Shown here piece after piece: positions 47,713 to 61,628 of a DNA stretch of 64,000 nucleotides. The notes beneath the pieces are model-generated. The model saw only the letters and a list, made by a program, of their open reading frames with translations, was not told the DNA's origin and did not search any database. Origin of the DNA: Octopus sinensis (lineage: Eukaryota); contig NC_042997.1 of assembly GCF_006345805.1 (NCBI RefSeq), forward strand, positions 162,998,001 to 163,062,000. The letters run 5' to 3'. Within the stretch, counting starts at the first letter, position 1. Each line of letters opens with the position of its first letter. The translations under genes were made by a program, and so were the position numbers.

Positions 47713-49707
47713 CTGCGAATCCACATCTATATTAAACACTTAATCTTTCCTTCCCAGAGCTACATCTAAAACTTCTTCTAAACCACACCTTACCTATAAG
47801 TATCAATTAACAGAAGTTCGAGACAAATATCATCAATACTGAACTCACCATCTTCTGAAGACTTGCAAAAAGCATGGTGTTCAGAGGTTGGTGAGTTCCT
47901 TTTTCATCAAAATCTGATAATACCGATGATGATAAGAGCCCTATCTTAATATATAATAGTATATATTTACCTATATATACTATTATGTATTTTCCTCCAT
48001 TGAAAAATGTTTGATACATTTTTAATCACCAGTTTTGAAATGGAACTATACTGTTCATGTAAGCTTATGGAAGGGTTATCTAAAAGTGAAGAAAAGCTCG
48101 TGTAGATAGAGGTTTGGCCAAACAGAACATACAATGTGTTTTCCTCAAAGTGTACTATGTCCCTTTAGCTAAATATTCTTCAAAGTTTTGAAAATGACTT
48201 CAAACATGAATAGTAGTTCATTCATTTTTCCATGCAGGCATATATAGGACAAAACTTTTTGAGGCAATATTCTAAAGCTAGAAAATTTTCTTTGTGCTAA
48301 CTCATATTTGTTTTCCAGGGCAAGTCCTTTAATCTACTGGTCTTTACACGTCAAACCAGCGAGGTGCAGAATATATATCTACATGTGGGATATAAACATC
48401 AGTGCTGCACAAACACACACACGCACGCACACACACACACACACAAGCAAGTACACACACGCAAGCATAAACGCGCACACACACACACACCAGGCATACA
48501 TATGATTTTCACCTATCAAACTTCACTCCCAAAGCATTGGTTAACCCACGGTTATTAAAGACACCTGTCCAAAGTGCCATGCAGTTGGATTGAACCCAAA
48601 ACCATAATTACAAAGTAAGCTTCTTAACCACACAGCTATGATTGCACCTAACATATAATTCAGCTGAAAGAAAATATTAACTATTTATAAATTACTGAGA
48701 ACCAAATTAACACTTCCCCTCCTCCTCTACCACCACCACTCCATCCTGTCTAAAGAATAAGGTATTAATACATACAGATTCTTGTACTGATAAGCTATCA
48801 GACATGCAAAACTATCAAGAATAATGCTCTGCTTCATCCTAGGATTTCATAAGTTACTGTTTTAATAGAATTTTCCACACTAGCTCTCATCCAGGTTCTT
48901 CTAATAATACTATCTCCAGTCAATCTTATTGGTTAACTTTTTAGTAACAACAGCACATTTCATAAATTTAAAAATAATTTACTTAAGAAGTGCTACTTTG
49001 AAAAATAAAATTAAATAAAATAAAATGCAACAGTAAGCGGCGTGATATAAGAAAATTGGTATAATGTTGAGGAAAAAAAAATAATATTAAAATAAATTTT
49101 TATTTAAATCACTAACACTTTGCAACTCATTTTTTACATCATAACAATGAAAATCATTGCCCGGGTTATAGAAGACAGAGAGAAGTGGCAAAATCTGGTT
49201 ACAAGGTCAACAAATACCCCCATTGACCACAAAGTCAAGGGGGGAAGATGATGGGAAGGAGGAGATGGAGGGAGTAGAGATAGAGTGAGAGAGGGGGTGG
49301 AAGATGGAATTTACACTATTTCTTTAATTTCACAGTGAAATGAATTTTTTAAAAAAAATCTTAAAGGAAAGTTCAAATGAAGCCAAAATGGCTAAATGAG
49401 AAAACGCTTCCATAAATTATACTCAGAAAATAATAACTTCTTAGCCCTTTTGATATCAACCTGCCTCAGATCCTCCCTGATTCTAAGATATAAACTTCCT
49501 TCAGCTTCGTAATGATCAAACCATTTTACTAAATTCATCATTTTCAGAATTAATTAAAACAAAAACAATAAATTTCAGCAGAAATGGACAGAAGTGTAGA
49601 TGGAAACTGGCTTCCGGTGGATTAAAGTAAAAGACAATTGCTCAAGCTGATATGCAGTAGGATTAAACTCAGATCCAATGCGACTGTGAAACAACCTCTT
49701 TAACCAC

Positions 49708-49774
<67 letters not shown>

Positions 49775-50395
49775 CGCATGATGAGGTTAGAGACTTAATA
49801 GATAGAATGGTAAGTAGCAGGTAGAGAGGCAGATAGAATAGGAAAGAGACAGATGGAGATAAATATAGGTAGCTCTAAGAGATTTATATCTACCTATATA
49901 TCAACACACACTGGTTAAATTTGTATATTTGCTAAATCAAATTTCAATCTAAAAATAACTGCCAGAAAGAAGCAATAAATTTGGTTGTAAAATGTACACA
50001 CGATTAACTGGCCTCAATTCTAGGCCAATATTTATTCTACCAACGATGAAAGGAAAAATTTGAACTCTGATTGTGAAAAATGAAAATGAATAAATAATAC
50101 CATAACACATTTTATCCGACACTTCAATTCTACTAATCCATTTCCATAAGTGATGTGCTAACCATTTATTTAAATGATTCTCCCTTTTATTTTGAAAATA
50201 TGCCACTGCATACTTTTAATAAGAGCTGCAGCTCTTGTAACTATTTCATTTTAGAATTTTGAGAAGTTGTTCTTGGCATTCTGAATGACTTCTAATAAAA
50301 TGCCATAAAAAATGAGAAAAAGAATATAAATACAAATGGAAATATATTTGCCATTCCAAGAAGGACATCCAGGAAATGAAAAACAGTTGTGTATG

Positions 50396-50490
<95 letters not shown>

Positions 50491-50516
50491 AAAGTTTACA
50501 AAAAAAAACAAAAGAC

Positions 50517-50700
50517 AAAGACAGGTGGTGTACAAAACAAACAGATGTATTAGTATAGTGCTCAGGAATAGAAAAGTCTTTTACGTTTCGAGCCTACGCC
50601 CTTCTACAGAAAGGTACACAGAAGAAACAAGGAGAGAAAAAAATGTGTGTAGTGGCTAACGATCGATCATGGCATATATACACATGATGGACTCTCCTGA
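50517..50700 (-). mobile_element. Probable Penelope-type pseudo-LTR fragment carrying a hammerhead-like motif
   Basis: Contains acgtttcgagcctacgcccttctacagaaag, a CpG-rich island in AT-rich surroundings next to a microsatellite. A second CTGACGAAG occurs on the plus strand near 50697. Confidence 0.55.
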
Positions 50701-53700
50701 CGAAGTACGAGCATTCAGCTTTTGCCAATTAACCTACACAAATAATTTGTTTATATTGATCAAATGTTCATGCCACACATTAGCTCACCCCCCCCCCACC
50801 ACCACCATCAAATTGACTTTGCATGAACAGGTGCACAGTGTACCACATGTCAGGTGTCAAAGTGATTGCAGAGCAATGTGAGATGAAGTGTTTTGCTCAA
50901 GAACACAACACATTACCAAGTCTAGGAACTGAAACCACAATCCAGTGATCATGAGTGCAACAACCTTAACCACTAAACCATGCACCCTCGCAATAAAATG
51001 AAGCAGAATCCAAAGTGGTATTGGTGGTCTGCAATGGTAATACTTGTATTATTTTGTAAAATTAACAAAGAGAACACTGATCTTATCACGGGGAGTGGAA
51101 AATCTATTTCAGACAGAGCTTTTCTCCAGGAAAAAGTTGACAGGAGTGAAATTAAAAACAGACAATAGATGTTTACATCTTCTAAGTTAGAAAAACTGAT
51201 AAGGAACACAAGACCACAGGAGCTTCGTGTGTGGACAGGGCGTGGTAGGTGAGAGAGGTAGATGGAAAAAAGAATGAAATGAGAACTGAGCTAAAGCAAA
51301 AATGAGGTGAAAGAGCAGTTGAAGGTTAGGAAAGGGGTTACTGAATGAAGAGGAGGTGTAGGAGAACAAGAAAAAAAACGTTAATTTAAACCTGTCAGTG
51401 ACATGGTGCTAAATTCAAATATGAAACATTTTGCAATATTCAGAGGATATGTTAACAAGCATGCAGTCACACACACAGCATGAAAGACAGATGTTAAATG
51501 ATGATCATGACACACGCATACACAGAAAGATTTCTTTCAGTTCTCTTCTATCAAATCTACTCACAAGGCTTTGATCAGCCCAGAGTCCTAGTAAAAAACA
51601 CTTGCCTAAGATGCAGTACAGTGTGATTGAACACAAAACCATATAGTCTAGTGTATGCTTTGGTATGGTTTCTACAGCTAGAGAAGCTTCTGCACATCAA
51701 CCACTTTACAGCATATATTGGGCACTTTTTCATGGCACCAACATTAGTGAAGTCACCATCCAGATTGCAAGACAAAACCCCTTCAATTGACTGAGGTTAC
51801 AGTAAAAAGGAAGACAGCTTATGTCAGCTACATTATATGATTCACTAGAAACTGTTTAAATTGGAAAATAAAAAAAAATATTTGCTAGTTAAATTGATTT
51901 TTTTAGAGCAATATAGTAGATTAAAAATAATGTTTAATTTATTTTTCTGGTTTGATATTTTACTGTCACTGGTCTCCGTCACTCCAGTCTTGCAACCAAC
52001 ACCTATTCAACACCAATGTTTTATTCCTTCTTGGACATTTATATTACACTTCTGTCACCAAATTCCAATGGGGTATCATATGCAAAATCATTATTTTAAA
52101 AACTTATGAGAAATCTTTTCTTTTGCAAATGAAATTGCAATCAAAATAATGACAAATATTAATATTTTAACAAAGACTAATATTTATTTAATGAAGGTAA
52201 TTAACATATTGATAAATGAAACGGAATAATCATATAAGCTTCCTCCTGAATACAAATTTTGAACCATTGCCATGTTTACAAGTGGTCAGAAAGTTAGTCT
52301 AATTATCTTTTAACAATAGAAAGGACTTTCTTCTGCTTCCAGTTTTAACCAAACGGAATTATGGAACAACCAACAAGTATCAACTATGACTGCTGATTGC
52401 TAGCCAACATAAGATCTACTTAACAGCTAATACAACACAGAACAAAAACTAGTTCTTATCTTCCATGTCAACAGCTAAAGACAGCAGTACTTTTCTGTAG
52501 ATAACAGCATTGGCATTTAATAAAAATAAATCTAAATGCTGCAAAACAAGTGAAGCAGAAATGCCAACAGCCTGCAGACAGACTACTTTAGCTATTCCCA
52601 CCCCAACCTCTAACACATGAGCAAAGTAGCCGTTCAGTTGGTAATGTCCTCCTATCTAATAATTAATGGAGGATTTATTAAATGGACTGATATGTTTCTA
52701 TCAAGAGCTAATAATACTTGGCAAAAATGGGAGGAACAAAGGATACTAACCTAAATCTCTTGATAAACCAACCTGCCTGAGATTGTCTGTCATTCTCATG
52801 AATATAAAAATTACTCATTCTAAAGTATTCATATTTCAATTAAAATTCCAATAATTTTATGTAACAACCATTTTTGTCCAAACACCAGCTTAATAATGAA
52901 AAAGTTACTTCTTAAATCATTCCAAATTTTGGGTTTTTTAAAATTTTATTGAACTATGAGAACAATATATTTCATTAGAAATATGGCCACACAAGGGTTA
53001 ATAAAGTTAAAACTAACTTTGAATATCCCAAAGATATAGAGGAAAGCAATATCAAGCTAACTGAAATTATAGTTCAATATCTTGGGTGTAAATAATCCTT
53101 TCTACTATAAGCACAAGGCCTGAAACTTTTTGGGAGGGAGCTAGTCGATTATATCAACCCCAGTGCATAACTGATACTTATTTCATCAACCACGAAAGGA
53201 TGAAAAGCAAATCAACCTTGGTGGAATTTGAACTCAAAACAAAGACAGAGGTGAAATGCTGCTAAGCACTTCGACCAACATACTAACAATTCTGCAAAAT
53301 GCACAAACACTTATAAATTTAAGTAAATAATATAAATAGGACCAATTTCTTTAAACAGAAAATCTAAAATCAGCATACCTTAACATTTTAATGCTCATAC
53401 CAACATTGTAAGACATTGCACAAACCACATTTGCTGTGTCTTGACAACATCATTATTTAATGTCCATGTTCGGTAGTTTAGACAATGCAACAAAATCCAA
53501 CAAGTCTGAAGGTGTTGGCAAGGTTTTTACATCTGGTTGCCCTTCTTAATGCCAACCACATCACAGAGTGCATTGAATGTCTTTTTTTTTTTCTTTTTTT
53601 TTTTGTAGAATCAGCACTAGTTGGATTACTAAGTAACTTGACAGACAAAACTTTTTCACTGAGTAGGGATGCAGTATTGAGGAAGGTGGATTTGTGTGAG

Positions 53701-54543
53701 ATGCAGAGGAGCTGAAGTAGGAAGGAGAAACATTACACAATGTCACTTAACACTAAAACAAGGATGTTAAGAGTTCATGTTAAAGCTGGGAGTTAACAAT
53801 TCCAGAAGTTCTCACTACTTGGAAATACACATGCACTAATAAAGAAATGTAGTGGTAAGTCAAAAGTTCAGTGATATTTAGTGCAGTAAACTAGGTGACA
53901 TATCAGTTTCAATTAGTGTTCCATTGTACTAGAATAGTTACTACAAAGATCTTAATCCATAGCAACCCAAATGAAAGATGCACATTATTATAGCACATTT
54001 GAGATGTAAATAGTCCAAAAGCTTGATCAATAACTCAGAACAGTAAATTAATGGAATTGGTAGTTAAGTCTCATTACATTCTATTCCATCAGAGCTGGCT
54101 GTCTCTTTCATTACCACAGGGTTGTATAGTTATACAAGAAATTTACCCAAAATACCTAAACTGCTACGAAACTCATTGACAACCCAAAATTGATTAAAAA
54201 TTAAATTATATATACATATATATATATTCAGGTACTATGAACACTGTTGTCAGCATATAGAAGCCAGCACCATCCATAATCTTGTAAAGTAATTTCAACT
54301 TGTTTTTGTGTTTTTTCAGCCAAGTCTAAACAGACATCTTTTTATATAAACATTACATAAAAGTTTTGTATACTTTATACAGATCCCCAGTAATGTATCA
54401 ACTAACATTGATTAATGGTTAGTTAGTTCAGGTTGGAATCTGAGAAGGTAGCTAGAACATTAACATAAAATAAGAGAGTGTAAATGCTTTAAGATATCTT
54501 AATGGTGGCCAGCTTCCACACAGCACAAGTTAATGCTGTGTGG

Positions 54544-55617
54544 AAAACTTCTTGGCAATCCTAGCTCTATGCAGTTACCCAACATGCAAGAAATAGTAAC
54601 CATATCTCAAAGAACCAGGATACCTTACGGCAATTAAAAAGAAAAACAGGCTTGTTACACTTGGAATGTCTTTGGTCATAAGTCTGTCCAATGAGGGCTG
54701 ATTTAAGACTAACAACAAATGCTTATACAATAAATCCAAATTGAAGCCATTCACAATTTCTGAAGGATTAGAGTTATACAAAAAAAAAAAAACTAATGTA
54801 TAAGAAAGTGAGGAACTATTTCTTCAGCTAAAAATGTTAGGTGTCAACTTTACCAACAAGTCAACAACAAATAGTTGAGCAAAACAGAATCTGAGACACA
54901 AATGGATTCTTTTTTTTTTCTTCCCACACAAATAACATCAAATTATCTTCATTATATTGAGTGATACTTTACCAGATCTAACAAAAATTTGAAACCAAAA
55001 TTTAATATTTAACATGTAAACACACTTATAACACTTCACAATAAATGAAGTACCCTATCTACACTAATATGAATCAAGCCGGACTAAGTAAAACTATCTG
55101 CTATCAACTTATAAAGCCTGTCATTCAAAAATTATATTTAACTTTATCATACTAAGTCTTCCTGCCGTTCTAGCAACTTATCTGCCTCAAATAATATTTA
55201 ATTAGGTGAGCATCAATAGATTTCATCAAGCTAATTCTTCTCTTTAGATTTTTACTTTATAAATTTTGTTCTAACACCTTACCTATGGTTTTGATGAATC
55301 TACAAAACTTCTTGGCAATCCTAGCTCTATGCAGTTACCCAACATGCAAGAAATAGTAACCATATCTCAAAGAACCAGGATACCTTACGGCAATTAAAAA
55401 GAAAAACAGGCTTGTTACACTTGGAATGTCTTTGGTCATAAGTCTGTCCAATGAGGGCTGATTTAAGACTAACAACAAATGCTTATACAATAAATCCAAA
55501 TTGAAGCCATTCACAATTTCTGAAGGATTAGAGTTATACAAAAAAAAAACTAATGTATAAGAAAGTGAGGAACTATTTCTTCAGCTAAAAATGTTAGGTG
55601 TCAACTTTACCAACAAG
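54544..55617. repeat. ~315-bp direct duplication (54544-54858 and 55304-55617) bracketing copy 2 of the unclassified repeat
   Basis: The copies appear identical except for one poly-A length (13 vs 10). The ORF track shows the same 68-aa ORF twice. Confidence 0.95.
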
Positions 55618-57549
55618 AAAGCAAACCTTTCGAGAATCTTGACTTTACAGCTAGGGCACTTTTACAACCAACACTAGTAAAATTCAAAGGTCACTTTCAA
55701 ATGTGCCTTTTGTTTCATTTAGTATACATGGATTTTTCCAATATATTTTATATAGCAATTATAATAAATTTGACTAAACACTTTTTTCTACACAATGTAT
55801 TATTAAGAAAATTTAGTGTGTATTATACACAAGATATTTCTTCCAGGATTTCATTACACATAAGTATGTATTAATATACAAATAAATATAAATGACAGAA
55901 AAGAAATAAGTATGAAACTTCTACTTTGAGGGATTGCAGAACAAATAATAAAAATGGAATCAGTCCATCTATTGTATTAGTTATAAGGACCTTACAGAAA
56001 GTGAAATATATAGCAATTCAGTACAAAAACTGGGAATGCTTCAGGACTTTTGTGTTACTGTGAACATCAAGGATAGTAATTTATACTAAATTGCTTGGCT
56101 AATGAGATGTACAGGAAAATGTTATTCTTGAACTAAAACTAAGTGTACCAGAAAATGCACTAGAAAAGCCATCATGAAACAAAGATTATGAAATGTAAAA
56201 GTAGTAAAATTTTGTTACTGATGTGACATATTAGAGCTACAAGCAGTGTTTGATATGAGGTGAGAAGTTCAAGGAATTGAAATATTTAACATGAAGGAAA
56301 AGGGTTTTTTTTTCCCTCGATACAAAAGATAAATTAAATGTGAAAGAAATGTGATGCTAAGCAAAGAGAAACAAAATTATTTTGTTGGGTGTGCTGTTAA
56401 CTTAAAAAGAAGGTTCAGCACAAAAACAAAAATTGAAAAGGCAAATGGATATCAAGACCAAGCCTATGTGAAAGTTGAGTATACTATTGTTGTAGATAAA
56501 TAAGATAAATGAATATTGAAAGCAGGATAACAAAAGAAGACTGGCCTTGTAATAGGTAATTTTCAGTAAAAATAAAAATTAAAAGCAGAGATGATATTGG
56601 GCAAAAATAAACAGATCAAAACTGATCATATTGAAACATGATTGAGATACATGTTGTATTCTGTCCATGCCAGTAAAGCAAAAAATGATGTTAGAAAGAT
56701 AATAGGGTTTGCTGTTCATGCACTTACACTTAAATAGTTTTTTAAAAAATGCCAAAAAACTGACAAACTGCCAACATTCTAGTGGCGTCAACTTCCTATT
56801 CTGTCAGTAATGATTTATAAGCTAAATGGTAGTGCTGAACAATAAAAATGTCTATTTTCTACTCCTTAGCTTGCTAAAACAATTTTCAAACATCAAAACA
56901 ATGAGTTCACCAATTAATATTTGATTTTTTTATAAAATGCACAACATTGAGTGTTCTTCATGAAATGACAGAGACCAAAAGAAAGTAAACTGAATAAAAT
57001 ATACTACATAATAGTTAATTGCTGTTGTAAAAAATCATGAATTTATATTTTACTAGGATAAAAGCCAACTTTCTTAAAGAATGTGTTGATCATATGGTTC
57101 TAGAAATTTTGCATCAAATATATACAAACCAAAACTCATTCAGTCAGAATTTTACCCTGGCATTAGTTAATTTCTTTCCAGTCGTATTCTATGATGATGA
57201 TACATCTTACTAAGGCTGTATCAAAAAATCAATGTTATTTTTAGACTTTAAAGTCAAGAAATCAAATGCTTCTGAATTCCTGGTCATGAAATTGTCCAGT
57301 AACCCATAACCATACAAAATCCAATTCCATGTGAAATTTGGGCTCACCAGCATACACCAAACTTAGAATAACATAAACCCCACTTTTTTTCTTCATCCTC
57401 CCACAATCAGAATAGAACAGCAAGTATTCTTTAGTCACAATGCAGTACCAGTGATAGGGCTTAAAATCTTGATTTTCTTTTCAATAAGCTGATATCTAAT
57501 TCAATTTAATTAGCCATTGCAAATTCTTCCTTTTAATCAATAATTCCAT

Positions 57550-57587
<38 letters not shown>

Positions 57588-57742
57588 ACCAGCTTAGAGA
57601 AGAAGAAACAAATCGAATCGACGCAAGGGTGCTCAGTCATACAATAGTGTAATAAATAAAATATATGCATACATACAAACATATATGTACGTACCTACAT
57701 CTACATGTATATATACATGCATGTATAAATATATATACGTGA

Positions 57743-57787
<45 letters not shown>

Positions 57788-59880
57788 TAAATTTACAAAC
57801 CAGTTCAAGCTGAAAACAACCATCCCAAACAGTGAGCAAACTCACTCACAGCTACTGAAAATAGGAGTGACTTGGGAAAACTAATTATTAATTAAGTAAG
57901 CAGCAATATAAGCATTTATTTGGATATGAATTGATTCAATCAAGTTTTAAAATTTATAAACATCCCATTTTGTCAAGATTACAAATAAAAAAAAACATAC
58001 ACCAGCAAGAATTTATTCTATCTTTTCTTTAAAAAAACATAATAGAAAAAAAAGACAAACATAATAAAACTAAGAATGCAAACATGAGTAAATGTCGACC
58101 TTCAAATGAGATTAAATACTATGTTGCTATATCTTGTTAACTAAACATTAGTTGCTTGTTCCTTGTAAGTGAAAAGTCTTTACATGTAATAATTTTGAAA
58201 ATGACTCATTGCATTAACCCTTATACAATCTCCACCAAACTTTGTATGAGTCAATATTAAGCAGCACCTGCAGCATCAACCAGTAAATACTTCACATACA
58301 TCATAGCCTTGGACAATCTAACTGACGCTAGGTAAGCTTCACTGTTAAATACATTGAAAAATATTAGGAATACAGTTTCCCAAAATAATTTTTTAGGAGA
58401 ATATTTTCAGGTTCAAAATGACCATTCCCAAATGCAACAAAAACAAAAATCTGTTTTTGTTATTGAACAGCAAAGAGACATTGGTTAACAGCTTCTCTAT
58501 CACAAGCTGATGAAGAACCACACAGATGCAGTTGCTTACCCTGTTAGAAACAGCAGCCAAATTTCCCTACAATAAGTGAAGGACACCTTAGATCATGCAG
58601 TGCAGTATACCCTAAAAAGATGAGAGTGGTTGTGATTGAAATGCTTACTGTGATCATAGGTTAGCTTGGTCGAGGCTGATTTGTACTAAAACACAACACC
58701 CTGTCTATTGCCAGTAAATAATACTTCTGCATTACATCTCTCTTATTAAGAAGGTATAATAAAATCAAAGGATAACTAAAATTAGAATATGAGAAAAAAA
58801 AATAGTAATGAAAGACCTCCTAAACATAGTAAGATTTGTTAATACATAGTATAAAACAAAGAATATCAGGGAAATCAATGGAGCAAAACTAGTTTTTCTA
58901 ACACAATATTGATCGATTTGCTAGATAATGCTAAACAGCTGTTTCTCTCTGAAATGAGAGGAAAATTCCAAATTCAAAAATAAATTCACAATAAAATACT
59001 TTTTCCTGACATAGGAATCATACAGAAAATAACTGAAAGTTGGAAATATTATATTCACTCAACAAACCACTTTGCCTATAAATGATTCATTTAAGCAGAA
59101 AAAAGGCTTCTGAGAGACACACCCAATTGAAATAAAACCAAAACACATTTCAATCTTTATTTGCAATTTTGCTTTAAGAAACGAAATGATGCGTAACCAT
59201 TTAACTAGCAACAACAACAAATTATTTTTTTTTAAACTGATGAACTTCAGAATTTCTCTCAATTGTAGACTCATCCCTAGTTTATTAACACATTTACATT
59301 TGATCTAAAAGGAGTTATTTCCCCCACCCTCTTTCTATTCATTTTACATTTCCCACACTAACTTAAACCTGAAGCAAAAATTCATACATTCTTACAACTG
59401 ATTGGAAAAAAGAGTTTTCTGCTTTTCTGAACACCAATCAATATCAATATGACTCAAGAACAAGGACATCCAGTTGACTGATTAACAAGTTAATCACTAT
59501 ACTTTTTTTTTTCTTTATGAAATTAATAAAGTATACAGCTAAATGAGAATGTCATCAATCATGTTCATTAAATCTTTTTTAACTGGTTTCAGTCATTGGA
59601 CTGCAACCACATTGGGGGACCACCTTGAGTTTTATAAAAACAAATCAACCCCAGTACTTAATATTTTAAGCCTGGTACTTATATCAGTCCCTTTTGAGAA
59701 ACTGCTAAGCTACAAGAACACAAATAAACCAACACCAGTTGTTCAGCAATGCAGGAGAACAAACACAAAAACACACAAACACGTACATTTTTTTGTTGGA
59801 ACTTGTTCTTAAACTACATAATCAACATTTTCTATCGAAAAAGGGTTTTACAACCCAATGTTTACTCATTCTCTCTCTCA

Positions 59881-60278
59881 CATTTACTCATTTACTTGTT
59901 TCAGTCATTTGACTGTGGCCATGCTGGAGCACCACCTTTAGTCGAGGAAATCGACCCCAGGACTTATTCTTTGTAAGCCTAGTACTTATTCTATCGGTCT
60001 CTTTTGCCGAACTGCTAAGTTACGGAGACGTAAACAAACCAGCATCGGTTGTCAAGCGATGTTGGGGGGACGACAAACACAACACACAAACATACACATA
60101 TATATATATATACATATATACAACAGGCTTCTTTCAGTTTCCGTCTACCAAATCCACTCACGAGGCTTTGGTCGGCCCGAGGCTAAAGTAGAAGACACTT
60201 GCCCGTGATGTCATGCAGTGGGACTGAACCTGGAACCATTTGGTTCGTAAGCAAGCTACTTACCACACAGCCACTCCT
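59881..60278 (-). mobile_element. Family A SINE, young full-length CpG-rich copy
   Basis: Retains many CpGs (gtcggcccgagg, tgccgaactgc) and is the reverse complement of the 38331 copy layout. Confidence 0.85.
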
Positions 60279-61584
60279 ACATCTAATTACATGCTATTAT
60301 TTCAAGAACCAATTCCAAAAAAGAATTATTCCATGTTCTCTCAGAAGTCTATAAATTCTTATGACATCAACAACACACACAAAATAGGTTTCCACACAAT
60401 TTCTGACAACCAAATTCACTCACAAGGCATTGGTTGACCCAGGGCTACAGTAGGAGACACTTGCTTAAGGTGCTGTGCAATGGGCCTGAACTTGAAACTA
60501 TGTGGTTGCAAAACAAGCTTGTTAACCACACAGCCATTCCTATGTCTATCATCATCATTTAGCATCCATTTTCCATGCTGGTATGCATCAGATTGTTTGA
60601 CTGGAGCTGGTTTGTACAGCCAGATGCCCTTCCTAAAACCAACCACACCACAACATACTGGGTGTCTTTCACGTGTCACTGACACTGGCCATACATATTT
60701 CAAAATAAAAAGGAAAAAAAAGAAACATAAGAAAGAAAAAAAAGAAATATAAGAAAGAAAAAAAAAAGACTCAGCATGAATGAGTTTCATATATTTAAAG
60801 TCTCGATTTAAAAGCAAAGACAATATGCCAATCCCTGATTCAACAAGCTATTGCAGAATGCTGAAACAAACCAAAGAAATTTTTAAATATTTTATGTGAT
60901 GTTGACGCTACCTTTATTATCATTAAAAGGGCCACTTGTATTCTGTTTTATTAACTTTCAGTTACAAGAAAAATTGGCAGACTAATTGAATATTGGAAGT
61001 CAATTATCCAATAAGAACCACCAGAAGCAAGATTTTCGTTTTTCTTTAAAATGATAGCAAATCGCTAAGATACATTTGTAATCCTTTCATGTGTAAAGTG
61101 AATCTTAGGAGGCAATTAGAAATTAGAGACATCAAATATGCTTTGTGACACAATAGACAAGTGGGCATTAGATCAGATCATTATCATCATCATCAAAAGC
61201 AGCACTATGACAACTGTACACATTCTAACCGAATAAAAATCATTTATTCCCTTCAGGGCTCTCCCTAATTGAGGTTGAATCATGTACATTAAACTCGGAG
61301 AAGGGAACACCAATACGTTGGGGGGGGGGGGAGAACAGAGTATATGATGCCAACCATTTCAACATTTGAGAAGGATGAAAAATATACATAAATAAGAAAA
61401 TGCATGGCAACCAGATTTAGGGAAACAGAATTCATTTAAACCTATGAATAAAAGTAATGGAAGATGAGAGAGAGAGAGAGAAAGGACAATGTTAGTATAA
61501 TCATAAGACCAAAGAGAGTATCATTTTCCTTTCATTTCATCAAAGCAGAAATGCTTAGAAATGTCCATGTATTGACAGAAATTC

Positions 61585-61628
<44 letters not shown>

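Noticed and set aside
58270-58340. Plus-strand ctag|GTAAGC donor suggesting an antisense gene
   Set aside because: No compatible partner exons or recognisable reading frame were found on the plus strand.
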